In this document: positions 1 through 11,722 of the stretch, piece after piece
Layout: every line of letters starts with the position of its first letter
How positions within the stretch are numbered: position 1 is the stretch's first letter
Assembly: GCA_951406725.2 (NCBI GenBank)
Contig: OX597831.1
Span: 71,548,001 to 71,612,000, forward strand
From: Octopus vulgaris
Lineage: Eukaryota
Length of the DNA stretch: 64,000 nt
Direction: 5' to 3'
Program-made: the position numbers and the translations under genes
The notes under the pieces: generated by a model
Database searches by the model: none
The model's input: only the letters and a program-made list of their open reading frames with translations
Told to the model about the DNA's origin: nothing

Positions 1-598
1 ATTCACCTTGTTTTGAATTACTCATGCTTTATTTTGTAACTTTGAGAATTTTATGAAGTCATTACTCTTTACTCTTTACTCTTTTACTTGTTTCAGTCAT
101 TTGACTGCGGCCATGCTGGAGCACTGCCTTTAGTCGAGCAAATCGACCCCAGGACTTATTCTTTGTAAGCCCAGTACTTATTCTATCGGTCTCTTTTGCC
201 GAACCGCTAAGTTACGGGGACGTAAACACACCAGCATCGGTTGTCAAGCAATGCTAGGGGGACAAACAGACACAAACACATGCACACACATACATATATA
301 TATACATATATACGACAGGCTTCTTTCAGTTTCCGTCTGCCAAATCCACTCACAAGGCATTGGTCGGCCCGGGGCTATAGCAGAAGACACTTGCCCAAGA
401 TGCCACACAGTGGGATTGAACCCGGAACCATGTGGTTGGTTAGCAAGCTACTTACCACACAGCCACTCCTGTGCCTGTTAATTTGTTAATTTTTAGAACG
501 ACAATGTAGGGTTGATGTGACAGGCCAGATCTGACTATTTTGAAGATAAAGCAGGTAGAATAATTTGGCCAGATATAACCAGTTTAATTGCTAAAGGG
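1..598. mobile_element. piggyBac-type (TTAA) MITE, left end outside the window, interrupted by a SINE
   Basis: Similar to 1491-1692 and ends CTAAAGGG-TTTAA. A SINE is inserted at 64-476. Confidence 0.55.
64..476 (-). mobile_element. tRNA-derived CORE-type SINE (family 1, octopus OR-like)
   Basis: A box TGGCTGTGTGG, B box GGTTCA.TCCC, CORE-like CTTGGGCAAGT, internal (TA/TG)n tract and (GTAAAAGA)n tail. At least 12 copies in the window. Confidence 0.9.
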
Positions 599-1490
599 TT
601 TAATGACCCCTACTGCTACTCTGCTCCAGTTCCTCTTTCTGATACATTTTGGTCTTTTATTTTTCATTATGTTCAGATTAATTTTCAGTCCCGTGAGAGA
701 AGTGTGACTTTGTAATGGCAGTGACATGTGAGTTGAGTGATGTACATTGCAGGGTACTGAAGGGAAATTAACTGAGCGGAATCTACTAGATGTTCGGTGC
801 TACGTTAGAAGAAAAGCTGAAAGCGTGTGTGTTTGAAGTGTCAAGCACATGAAACACATTGACTGATGTATAAAGTGAGGATCACCGTGCCTATTGTAGA
901 TGGTACATTCTAGATGAAGAAGTTTTTAGGTTGACTGTGATCAAACAAACTTATGATCAAAAATAGACACTCTAGCCATGATCATGTTATCTTTTAATGG
1001 TGTGTCTAGGACTGCATCAGTTAATGTTTCCTTTCATTATTCATGATATGTTTTGAGGGAGATTTGGCTGTCATTTCTAGCAGGTTAGATGACTATGCAG
1101 AGGCTCCCTTGTTGTCTCATAGCTGAAGAAGTAGTATGATGAGAGATAAAAATGAGATAGATCAAAGGACGCTTTGGATGGAGTTCTTAAGCCAAACCAA
1201 TGCTCACTAAGCTTCACAGATGACATAGTAATTCAGAATATAGTCAGGTTTTTATTGTGAACCTAATACATCTAATCCAATTTAGAAAAACCAAGCATCT
1301 ATGGTAGATTATAACAGGTACTTGAGCTGCAAGAAAAAGCAGCAAGCAAATTTTCCTCAAATCATATCGTACAGTCTTACAAAAGAGAAGCACACCCACA
1401 CATTGGATACGCAATGTTTGGAAAGAACCAGATAGGATGGAACACCTTTGCTGAACATGGGCTAAACAGCACATAGAAAATGGATATTAA

Positions 1491-1692
1491 CCCTTTAGTG
1501 TTCAGGTTATTCTATCAAACATAATGCCTATTGATTCCCATTGATTTGAATTAATCATGCATTATCTCATATCTTCAAGATCTTGATGGTGTACTTACTT
1601 AATGTAGAATAACATTGTAGGGTAGGTGTGAGAGCCTGGATCTGGTCAGTTTGAACATAAAACAGATTATGGCCGGTTTAAATACTAAAGGT
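1491..1692. mobile_element. piggyBac-type MITE
   Basis: TTAA-CCCTTTAG ... CTAAAGGT-TTAA terminal inverted repeats with TTAA flanks; non-coding. Confidence 0.65.
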
Positions 1693-2030
1693 TTAAACAA
1701 TGGTAGTGATGCCGACGCCAACGGCAACAGCAGTGACATGGCAATGTTGATGATATCTCTATTTATTTTAAGGCAGTGAGCTGGCAGAACCATTAAGACA
1801 CTGGGGAAAAGGCTCAGCAGCATTTCCTCCATCTGCACATTCTGAGATCAGATTCTGCCAAGGTTGACTTTGCCTTTCATCCTTCTGGGGGTCAATAAAA
1901 TAAGTGCCAATTGAACACCGGGGGGTTGATGTAATCAACTTTCTCCCTTCCTCGAAATTTCTGGTCCAGTGCCAAAATCTGAATTCAATATCCCTATTCA
2001 TTTCTCATCATTTATCTCTTCTCTCCCTAG

Positions 2031-2124
2031 GGTGAGTTACTCGTTAGGATCTGGCAGTGATATGGCAACATTTTACCAGCGTGCTGGTGTCCCAAGCATG
2101 GACTTTTTTTATACATATGATTCA
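2031..2124 (+). CDS. M28B peptidase (GCPII/NAALADL1-like), internal coding exon 1 of 6 visible
   Basis: Polypyrimidine tract plus AG at 2029-2030 and GTAAGT donor at 2125. Encodes (R)VSYSLGSGSDMATFYQRAGVPSMDFFYTYDS, matching the LGSG[NS]DF..F.Q.LG motif of the GCPII/NAALADL1 family. Upstream exons are not seen in the window. Confidence 0.93.
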
Positions 2125-2297
2125 GTAAGTATACTGTCAGTTTCTTTTTTTCTTTTATTGTATTTGTTTGTTAAAGGAAGAGTAGAACCCATAGACTCTT
2201 TTTCTTGTCAGCTTGTCACCTAAACATGAGAACTGGCATGATGGCTGAATAAATAATAATCTTATAGGAATAATCTTATAGGAATAATAATCTTCTA

Positions 2298-2406
2298 TAG
2301 AATGGTTGTATACTGTCACGTTCTTGTTAGATTGACAGTATACAACCATTCTATCGCCCCACCACCGTACATGTCTCTACGAGAGATTTAGAAATTTAGT
2401 ATTTCT
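2298..2406. repeat. Short fold-back repeat (family also at 10559 and 13505) inside a 43-bp direct repeat
   Basis: AGAATGGTTGTATACTGTCA ... TGACAGTATACAACCATTCT. Direct repeat at 2229-2271 and 2427-2469. Confidence 0.8.
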
Positions 2407-3278
2407 AATCTTATATATAATCTTATAGAACTGGCATGATGGCTGAATAAATAATAATCTTATAGGAATGTAAGTTCATTAGATATTGGGGAACAAGCTT
2501 CTGTGTTAATGCTTTTAAGACCAACAGCAGTTTGAACATAGGAAATAGTCTTCAAGTAGTGATCAAAAGGAAGTCACTGACTACTTGGCTTACCCAGTGA
2601 CAAATATTCAATTTCTTCAAGTTCCATAAAGAGTGAAGATGGAGTGGGGTCTGCTGTCTGCCCATAAATTTGGTGGAAGGTGAATGAGAATAACCAAACA
2701 CACAACTCTGTAGAAATGGAGTAATTGTCTGATTTCTAGTTGACATTTTTAAAGATATACCACTATACAGGCTTCAGTATCTTTGGTAGGGTGTATGTCT
2801 TAGGCAAAGAATGCTATACTGTCTCCTCAGGTTTCCTTATTAAAAGAAAAGAGATATCTTTGTTTATATGTATACAACATGACTGAATGGTTAAGATGTT
2901 CACTTAGTAATCGCAAGGTATTGGAAATATGTGACAACCTGTTGAACAGATTATAATCTCTAGTTTAACTATGAACCTTTGTTGCATTGTGTTACATTGA
3001 TTCCACCAGAGAATTACATTAAGTACATATGTCTGTGGAATGGTCAGTCAATGACATGTTATTCAGTGAGAAGAGAGGTTAGTTTCTGAAAACTTATCAA
3101 AAATCATCAAAACAATTTTGATGTTTATAAATCAATTCCACTGTTCTGCCTAACTTCTGTATCAGGATTCTGGTAATTTTTAATTCATTATGTAGTAATT
3201 AGAGAAAATTTTCTTCATATTGTGCATTGAAGACAAGACACGTCAACTGAGGTATTTCCCTCAAAGATATTGGCTAAA

Positions 3279-3512
3279 AAGGTGGCGAGCTGGCTGAAAC
3301 GTTAGCACGCATGGCGAAATGCATAGCCGTATTTCGTCTGCCGTTACGTTCTGAGTTCAAATTCCACCGAGGTCGACTTTACCTTTCATCCTTCCGGGGT
3401 CAATAAATCAAGTACCAGTTACGCACTGGGGTCGATGTAATCGGCTTAATCCATTTGTCTGTCCTTGTTTGTCCCCTCTGTGTTTAGCCCCTTGTAGGTA
3501 GTAAAGAAATAG
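3279..3512 (+). mobile_element. tRNA-derived MetaSINE-like element (family 2)
   Basis: A box TGGC.GAAACGTTAGC, B box GAGTTCAAATTCC and central CCTTTCATCCTT.CGGGGTC.ATAAA..AAGTACCAG resembling the Meta domain. Other copies near 1770, 3665, 8985-9385(-), 12877(-), 14030, 14960-15900, 19510, 24050, 39648(-), 56398 and 63295(-). Confidence 0.85.
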
Positions 3513-4959
3513 ATGTTGGCTAAAACTGGCAAATGCAGGTACAGGAATTGAACCTTTTGACTTAGACTATACTCTACTGCATCACATTGCTAACCACTTC
3601 ACTTGACTAATATTTGTTTCACAAAATAGTTCACTACAAAAACTGGAATTATTGTCTATTATGTAGGCAAGCTGGCAGAATCATGAGCAAGCTGGGCGAA
3701 ATTCTTAGCAGTATATTGTCCACCTTTATGTTCTGAGTTTCAATTCCACCAACACTGACTTTTCCTTTCATCCTTTTGGGGTTGTTAGATAGGTACCACT
3801 TATGCCCTGGGGTTAGTGTAACTTACTTAACTACTCCTGGGTAAAAGTATAAAAGAAATTTGCACCCATATCAAGAAATTTGCAAAGCCATATGAGTTGG
3901 CTCATCAAACCAGTATGATCTCTAGCTCAAATTCACAGCCTCCACATGAGACTTTGGTCAGTGGAGGGAGCATACTGAGGCCTTCATCCTGCAGTGGGCT
4001 GACCACAGGCAATCCAATCAATCTAATATATTCTAATATAAAACAAGCTACAAGTAAACAAGGCATAATTTAAAAATTATTGTAATTAAAAATTTAGATA
4101 GTTTACTTCAGTCGTTTTCTCAATTTTTGATGCCTACCCATCATGTACAGATATACTGATTCCCTTATCACTTACCTAGTAAGATCTTATGCTCCACTAA
4201 AGAAGCCTAATAAGACAGGAACATGTCTGGAACTGTCATCCATACTTACAAAACCGAGATAAAAATATTTGTCATTTAGTTTATGTTTTATTTTCTGTTC
4301 TGTATAAGTATTAATTAATTAGATTATTTTTCTCTTGCTACATTCAAGTATGATGACTAAAACTTCACTGTTATTTTTCAGCTAGATGTTATCACCAGGT
4401 AACTTCCCCTGGTCATAAACATCAACCTATTTGTTCAGAACTATGGGTGTGAATGAGTTATATGTTTTGTGCGTGTGTGGAGGAATTACAACCATGTTAC
4501 GTGGTCTGCTACCACCACAGCTCCTTTATAGGATCCAGTTAGCTCAAGACATCATCAGGAGGAACCACGTCCGGTTTCGGCCCCTACTCTTCTACCGTTT
4601 TGACGTGGTGAGCCCCCTCCCCTTTCGGAGGTGTCTTCAGCTCTGGTGTTGGGTGCGTGTCTTCTTTCTTCTGTTCCCTGGCCTCTTCGATGTATCGTCA
4701 GCAAGTGTCAGTCAGTGACTGACTGACTTGTCAATTTTTCCCTTTAAATACCTGCTGCTAGGCTCCAGCAGGCAGCCCCAGCAAGTTGGCACGTGACACT
4801 GTCTCACCTTAACTGACTGGTGAAGGCACGTAGTTTTAGCCCGCGCATTCTCTAAACAACCGTCAACTGTCAGTCAGCGAAGCTGATTCAGTGTCAGCTT
4901 GTCTCACCTAATGATGTTATTTCCTGCCGGCATGTTATGACTTTCAAGTCATTTTTGGT

Positions 4960-5290
4960 CTTACCGCTACAGCCATATATAGAAGCTGGCTTTTTCGACC
5001 GCCTCCTCTACTCTCCTTATTAGTTTTCGCAGCTCGGAGCTAGAAAAAGACAAATCTTCTTTTGAAAAGCGTTATCATTTTCCTTTCAATGAAGCCTCTA
5101 GTCCCCACTGCCTGGTGATAATATTCGACATTCCATCCCTGTGTATTTTATAGTGCGACTGTCTTTTAGCGGTCAGTCTCTCTGATTACACGTGTCAGGT
5201 TCTTTGCAATCTTAGCGCTTGACTGTCTTCCTGTCCATCCATCCAACCACCCAGCCAAGTATTAGGTCTGCTTCCTACTAATCTACAGAT
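4960..5290 (-). mobile_element. Degraded 3' end of an RLE-type (Hero/NeSL-like) non-LTR retrotransposon
   Basis: Minus-strand translation GWNVEYYHQAVGTRGFIERKMITLFKRR...RKLIRRVEEAVEKASFYIWL resembles the VG.RGF...AEKAS.W.W C-terminus of the Hero clade. Confidence 0.55.
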
Positions 5291-5489
5291 CTGTTTTCAT
5301 GTAGCATTCTTTTCTCCTCTCAGTTCTTGTTGAGAGGAGCCACTATGTTTTTTTTCTTATTCTGGAAGTTGGGGGTCATCTAACCCATACTTTCACCAAA
5401 TTTTACCTGACAATATCGTTGCATGTTTCACTGAGATTTTGCTTTCTCTGCCATCTCATTCATTTGGACTCTATTTATTCTCCTTCCAG

Positions 5490-5620
5490 GAAAAATGGAA
5501 AACATTGTCTTACCCTTCGTACCACACTGCCTATGACACATTTTATTATTACACTAAATTCGTAGACCCCAGCTTCAATTATACACTTGCTATCTCACAG
5601 TTGTGGTCAATACTAGCCTG
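5490..5620 (+). CDS. M28B peptidase exon carrying the zinc-ligand His (YH motif)
   Basis: ttccag acceptor and gtaagt donor; phase 0 start matches the previous exon. Encodes EKWKTLSYPSYHTAYDTFYYYTKFVDPSFNYTLAISQLWSILA, similar to GCPII YPLYHSVYET and NAALADL1 YPTYHTAFDTF..VDKFLDP. Confidence 0.95.
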
Positions 5621-5690
5621 GTAAGTGAACCTTCTTATTGATCTGTTTATTTCATATGTAAAACAAAAAACAGTTTTTAAAAAGAAATAA

Positions 5691-5854
5691 GCGCAGGAGT
5701 GGCTGTGTGGTAAGTAGCTTGCTAACCAACCACATGGTTCCAGGTTCAGTCCCACTGCGTGGCATCTTGGGCAAGTGTCTTCTGCTATAGCCCCAGGCCG
5801 ACCAATGCCTTGTGAGTGGATTTGGTAGATGGAAACTGAAAGAAGCCTGTCCCA

Positions 5855-5899
<45 letters not shown>

Positions 5900-6108
5900 G
5901 TTTGTGTGTCTGTGTTTGTCCCCCTAGCATTGCTTGACAACCGATGCTGGTGTGTGTTTACGTCCCCGTCACTTAGCGGTTCGGCAAAAGAGACCGATAG
6001 AATAAGTACTGGGCTTACAAAGAATAAGTCCCGGGGTCGATTTGCTCGACTAAAGGCGGTGCTCCAGCATGGCCGCAGTCGAATGACTGAAACAAGTAAA
6101 AGAGTAAG
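5691..6108 (+). mobile_element. SINE family 1, full length
   Basis: Near-identical to the reverse complement of 64-476. Confidence 0.92.
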
Positions 6109-6275
6109 CTGATGTGTTTGTGTAATTATGAAACAACTTCACAACTTCTGGTTTCATTTCATTGAAGAGCAGCTATGGAAAATGTCTTCAACTACATCCT
6201 TAGGTTGGGCAATATTTTGTAAGTGGAATTTGATAAAGAGAAACTATGAAGAAGCCCTTTCCATCCATATATATG

Positions 6276-6497
6276 TACAGAGGGGGTGCTGAAAAGTTCC
6301 TGGTTTTGGGTAAAAAAAAATACAGGAGGATCAATTAATCACGATTTTATTCAGCACATCCTCTTCACAGATTCACACACTTATGGCAGCAGTCATTTAA
6401 TTTTTCTAAGCCCTGTAAAAGAACTTGGAAGGTTGGTTCTCCAAACAAGCCTTTTGCAAATCCTTAATGCCAGGAACTTTTGCAGACCCCATTGTAC
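6276..6497. mobile_element. mariner-derived MITE
   Basis: Imperfect TIRs GGGGTGCTGAAAAGTTCCTGG and CCAGGAACTTTTGCAGACCCC, with TA flanks. Confidence 0.65.
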
Positions 6498-6498
6498 G

Positions 6499-6534
<36 letters not shown>

Positions 6535-6539
6535 TATAG

Positions 6540-6720
6540 TTCATCCAAACAAGAAAAGCACAAAAAAACACAACAACATGAGGACGTGGAACAAATATAG
6601 TATTATTGGATGCTCAGGAAAGAAGGAGGGTTTAACGTTTCGAGCGGAGCTCTTCGTCGGAAATATAGGAGAAGGAAAGATCCAGGGAAGGGAAGACAGA
6701 GGAAAAAAAATCGCCACAGT
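6540..6720 (-). mobile_element. Penelope-type pLTR mini-element with a minimal hammerhead-like motif
   Basis: Minus strand reads TTT-CCGACGA-A-GAGCTCCGCTC-GAAACGTT-AAA. A second copy lies at 44414-44616 (+). The element ends in (TA)n. Confidence 0.65.
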
Positions 6721-6839
6721 CGGATTTATGTATTTTAAGTGCCACCGGCACGGGAGCCAGTTGAGGCGGCACTGGGATCGGCCACAATTCGGATGGTGCT
6801 TAAGACTTGGGGGAACGAATGAAAAACTCCTTTGCTGAA

Positions 6840-7606
6840 ATGTCAGTGTTAGGTAGGGTATCTCCTTTCAACTTCATCACATAATCACTGTTTCGTACCT
6901 TTCATTTTGAACAATGTATTCACTGATTCATCATGTAATTTTTTTCGTGGAACTGTATTGAAAGTTCAAGGATATCTATTAGCAGGGATTGAGTCAACCA
7001 ACAGACTGGGAAAAAAAGATATTCACAATTTCATTAAACAAAAAAAAAATAGAAGAAAATGTTGTACTCTGCGTCCCAATACTGGAAATTTACTGCCAAA
7101 ATGAATCCTGAATAAAAATGGTTTGTTTTTAAGGGAAGCAACTCTGTATAAAAATTGTTTGGTTATCTCCCTTGGAAAAAATTTTAAATATAGCGTTATA
7201 CCATCGAGAATTTCTCAGAGCAGAATTCCTTCCCCTAAAAGATTTTGGAAATTTTCATTTATCAACTCTAAACAAAACATAACTACTAACTCCTATCCAG
7301 AATATATTTAGGACCATCTTTCTCCTTATTTCGCTTAATAACCTATATTATAATAGTGATGTTGGACTTGTGCTATCGTTAGTGATTTAGATAATAATTC
7401 TTGTGATTTAGATAGTAATTTTAGTGGGACAATAACCATTTATAGAAGAGGTTAATTATAACCCCGTCCTTAATTTTAATTCCTCTTTCTGATGAAGAGC
7501 CATGCTCAGAATATCAGACGCCACTGTTTTTCTCATCTTAAAATGTGTTTCAGCCTAATACATTCACTGTGTCTGTCCTTTGAACTTTTGTTGTTTTTGT
7601 TTTATA
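6840..7606 (+). mobile_element. Degraded Penelope-like 3' region with a decayed hammerhead
   Basis: Weak GIY-YIG-end-like remnants followed by CTGATGA-AGAGCCATGCTC at 7489 and a T-rich tail running into (TA)n. Confidence 0.4.
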
Positions 7607-7612
7607 TATATA

Positions 7613-8119
7613 CTAGCAGTATCGCCCGGCGTTGCTCGGGTTTGTAAGGGAAATAACTATATAAGCATTTTTAGAGAGTTACTTCCCTTATAAATTCAGG
7701 CTTTCTTAGCCATTTTTGTTTTGGTGTCTTCAAGCCATGAAGTCGTTGTTCTAAAAGAACGCTGGTTTCCTTCACAATGCATTACGACGTTGATTTCTTT
7801 ACACTCCCTTCCCCACAGCTTCACGAGGGAGGGAAGAAGGGGAGAAGCAAACAGGTGCAGCTGTGAGCGTGGACGCCAACTCCGCCGCCATCGACACACG
7901 ATGCATTTTATGCATTAAAATGGAATAAAAAATGATGTTAAATTATTTTTAAAATCGTAGACTCATCGTTGACGCGCGCTAATAGTCAGACGGGCTCGAT
8001 ATGAATCACGACTATAAGATACCCGAATTTGGTTAAACTGCACCGCAAAATGTGGGAGTAGTTAGGAATCTAAATCGAAGGGGACAGACACTCACACAAC
8101 TAGAGTTTTATATATATAG

Positions 8120-8120
<1 letters not shown>
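7613..8120 (-). mobile_element. Non-autonomous Helitron
   Basis: Minus strand starts TC(TATATAT) and ends with the hairpin CCCGAGCAACGCCGGG followed by CTAG, inserted between A and T. Confidence 0.8.
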
Positions 8121-8193
<73 letters not shown>

Positions 8194-8746
8194 TAATAAT
8201 AATAATGAAATTATTGTATACAGTGCTCAGGTGCACCATTTATAAACAAGGAGTTACAACATCTTTACTTGTGAGATTTTTGCTGCCCTGGTAACTATTT
8301 ATTTATTTTTTCCGTGTTAATTGTTAACAAGGTAAAAATACACTCATCTATATATATGTGTATATATATATTATATATATATTTATATATATAGAATGTA
8401 AATAAGTGACAAGAATGTTCAGGTATCAATACGTTATGTCAGTTTGAAAGAAACTGCTCTCCTCAAATGTAAATGACCCTATAGATTTCCAACATAAAAG
8501 ATAAACCAGTTTTAACAAATTTATATCAATACTAGAAACCAAAACAATTACATTGCTTCCTTGTGTTATATTTGTGGCAGAATGAGTTTAGAAAAAAAAT
8601 TCATATAGGCACAGGGGTGGCTGTGCGGTAAGTAGCTTGCTTCCCAACCACATGGTTCTGGGTTCAGTCCCACTGTGTGTGTGTGTGTGTGTGTAAGCAG
8701 ATAGATTGATCACTCATGCTAATAAATCGTTTTTACTATTTTGCAG

Positions 8747-8871
8747 TTACCTGGCTGAAGACAAAATTTTAGAATTTGATCTCCGGCGATATTCCAACAT
8801 CATTGCAGTGTCTGTGTATGACTTATGTAAAAAGCATGATCACATTTTCTCAAACCGTTCAGTCAATATTG
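8747..8871 (+). CDS. M28B peptidase exon
   Basis: ttttgcag acceptor and gttagt donor; TG+T completes a Cys codon. Encodes YLAEDKILEFDLRRYSNIIAVSVYDLCKKHDHIFSNRSVNI, similar to GCPII ELANSIVLPFDCRDYA. Confidence 0.9.
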
Positions 8872-10558
8872 GTTAGTTACTTCTTTATTTTCATTTTCCA
8901 ATTTCTTCTATCACAAGGTCTGAAGGAAATGACAGTATACCCTTCGCAATTTATACAAGTGATACCATTTCCTGATTGATATATAGTCTTTACTACCCAC
9001 AAGGGGCTAAACATAGGGGGGGACAAAGGGATTAAATCGATTATATCGACCCAGTGCGAAACTGGTACTTTTATTTATCAACCCCAAGAGGATGAAAGCC
9101 AAAGTCCACCTCGGTGAAATTTGAACTCAGAACGTAATGACAGATGAAATACCTATTTCGTTATTACCCACAAGGGGTTAAACATAGAGCGGACAAACAA
9201 GGACAGACAAAGGGATTAAGTCGATTATATCAACCCAGTGCGAAACTGGTACTTTTATTTATTGACCCCGAGAGGATGAAAGGCAAAGTCCACCTCGGTG
9301 AAATTTGAACTCAGAACATAATGGCAGATGAAATACCGCTAAGCATTTCACCCGGCGCGCTAACGTTTCTGCCAGTTCCCCGCCTTTCTGATTGATATAA
9401 GGTTGCTTTTGAACCATTTAAAGTCAATTCATGTGGGAAAGAGATGAACAAAGAGGGAGTTTCAAAGGGCTGATATTCTAGAAAGGAAGGAAACTAATCC
9501 CTAAACCCAGGTTTAGGGATTAGTTGGGTCTTGGGATTATTGAGTACAACAAACGTGATGAGTGGAAGAGAAGCAAATGAACTGGGAATACCTGACTGTG
9601 ATATGAGCCCAGCCATCTCTGTCAAACAAAGGATGTCACAGAAGCAGTAGAAAAGGCAGACGGAGGAGACAATACACCTGTGGGTCAGAAGATGAGAGGT
9701 GTCTGTGACTTTATGCCAGTTAGTCAGGTTGTCCTTTTGTTGATGCAGTCCAGGATGTCTGTCTGAGTAGCAGCAGTGTTTTCCCAGGTGCGAGAGCAAT
9801 AATCCGTTATTGACCACACCTGAGCTTTGTCCAACTATCTAGTACTCTGTTTCTATCTGTACTCTTTTTGACCTCATGATCAACTTCAACCAAATTAACT
9901 GCACCTTAGCTGTTGGAAATTTGAGCCATAATCTCTCCATAAAAAGAAGCAAATTGTCAAACTGCTCACTGTACAACTTGGTATCTTGGGTGCCTTTGAC
10001 AGAGTCCATTCTGTTGCAAGTATATGGATCAAGCTTCCTGTTTAAAGAAGGGCACCTTCCTCCCTACCTTCCATCTGTCTTGTGGGGGGAAGTCATAAGC
10101 TGCTTCTTCTACTGACTAAAAGAATGAGGAGGGGAATATTAAAATATATAATATTATTTTATAGCAATGTCTGTACATATACGACATGAACAGATACTTA
10201 TGTCTCTGAATGCTCCAATAGAAATAGTTGATAGCTTCTGTTGCCTAGGTAACCTAATGGACTATGAGGAAGGCTGAAGAACAAGAAAAGAACAAGGTGG
10301 GTTAAGTTCAGGGCACGATTACCTCCCCTGTGAACAGTGGAGCACATATCGTTTATCAAATCTACAATAAATGAAAAGTCAACATGGATTTTGTTTGTTA
10401 TTTCATGGCAAAAATGACTTTCTTATAATGTAATTGTTTTGCCTTCAACACGTGGTCTAGGAACAATGAATACACCCACCCACACATACATACACACACG
10501 CATACACACACACACGCACACACACACGCATGCATACATACATATATATATATATATA

Positions 10559-10773
10559 GAATGGTTGTATACTGTCAATCTAACGTGAACGTGACAGTAG
10601 GGGGTTACACCACCGCTGTTTAGCCCTAGGAAGCATCGACGCTTTCCTAGGGCTAAACAGCAGTGGTGTAACCTCCTACTGTCACGTTCACGTTAGATTG
10701 ACAGTATACAACCATTCTATCGCCCCACCACCGTACATATCTCTATGAGAGATTTAGAAATTTAATAATTTCT
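10559..10773. repeat. About 160-bp near-perfect palindrome (arms about 76 bp) plus tail, in (TA)n
   Basis: 10559-10636 is the reverse complement of about 10643-10719, with about 3 differences. The axis is GGAAGC-ATCGAC-GCTTTCC. Confidence 0.9.
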
Positions 10774-10800
10774 TATATATATATATATATATATATAAAA

Positions 10801-10951
10801 GGATAAACGTTGCTCTTTTCAAGCCCAGCCAGGCTCATGGGCCCAGTTTCCCAGTTTTAATGATGTATGTGTTCCTTCAGTCCATCGTAGCGTTACTCAA
10901 GAAACAGGAAGAGAGAGTCCGCTGCCCTAACCACTGGGCCATTGCGCCTCC
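10801..10951 (-). mobile_element. SINE family 3, internally deleted, tail type B
   Basis: Head GGAGGCGCAATGGCCCAGTGGTTAGGGCAGCGGACTC is shared with the copies at 14527 and 60582. Confidence 0.75.
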
Positions 10952-11005
10952 ACGCATACATATATATACATATATATAAAATGTAATCTTATTTTATCTT
11001 TTCAG

Positions 11006-11090
11006 AGTCATTACATGATGCCTCAAAGAAATTTGTACAAGCAACAGAAAAATTTCATGATTTCTATAAACCTAAAATTGATGCAGACAA
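11006..11090 (+). CDS. M28B peptidase exon (TfR-like dimerisation domain)
   Basis: tttcag acceptor and gtaagt donor; G+AG gives Glu. Encodes SLHDASKKFVQATEKFHDFYKPKIDAD, similar to GCPII SLFSAVKNFTEIASKF. Confidence 0.9.
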
Positions 11091-11325
11091 GTAAGTTTCC
11101 AACCGTTGGTTGTTCCCACTGTTACTGCAACAAGATTTCAGATGTGTGCATTTGCTTTGATTATTGATACCTTCAAGTGATTGCTGAACTATTTTTAAAA
11201 TAAGACCATCTAAGTTCCAGTTCACAAGTGACTTGTATTCCTGCTATTGTTCTTTATTTGCTATTCAGCATTGTTGCATGGACTACATGGAATATATTTT
11301 TTATGTGAATAATGTTGAAATTATG

Positions 11326-11375
<50 letters not shown>

Positions 11376-11685
11376 TTATAATTGTACTTTATAATCTCTG
11401 ATAAGGCCTTGAGATATATATATAAGTAACTCATTTTTAAGTGCATATTACCTCAATACATATGACTAATATAGGCACAATGAGAAACCTTTATCTACAG
11501 GCTGAAACAGCTGTAAGATCCATTTTATATGTATTATTTTTATGGTATTATCTTACTTATTGATGTATATTGTTTTATTCTGTTGGATTTGGATGTTCCT
11601 ATTTAAGTAGTTAATAAATAATATGAATTGGTAATATCTGTAAGTCGATGATTGAAAGGAATCTGTTCCTCCATTTTCTTATTTG

Positions 11686-11690
<5 letters not shown>
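11376..11690 (+). mobile_element. (TA)n-embedded mini-element with a long-stem-II hammerhead (G8>A)
   Basis: ATCT-CTGATAA-GGCCT...AGGCT-GAAACAGCTGTA-AGAT at 11394-11519. The 3' end resembles 31650-31740(-). Confidence 0.6.

Positions 11691-11720
<30 letters not shown>

Positions 11721-11722
<2 letters not shown>

Noticed and set aside
241-489. Recurrent 'MSSNARG...RQASFSFRLPNPLTR' ORFs (also near 5652, 21918, 25609, 47704 and 54396)
   Set aside because: These are antisense translations of SINE family 1, not a gene family.
1240-1480. Candidate additional upstream peptidase exon
   Set aside because: No frame resembles the expected preceding M28B segment with compatible splice sites. Earlier exons probably lie before the window.
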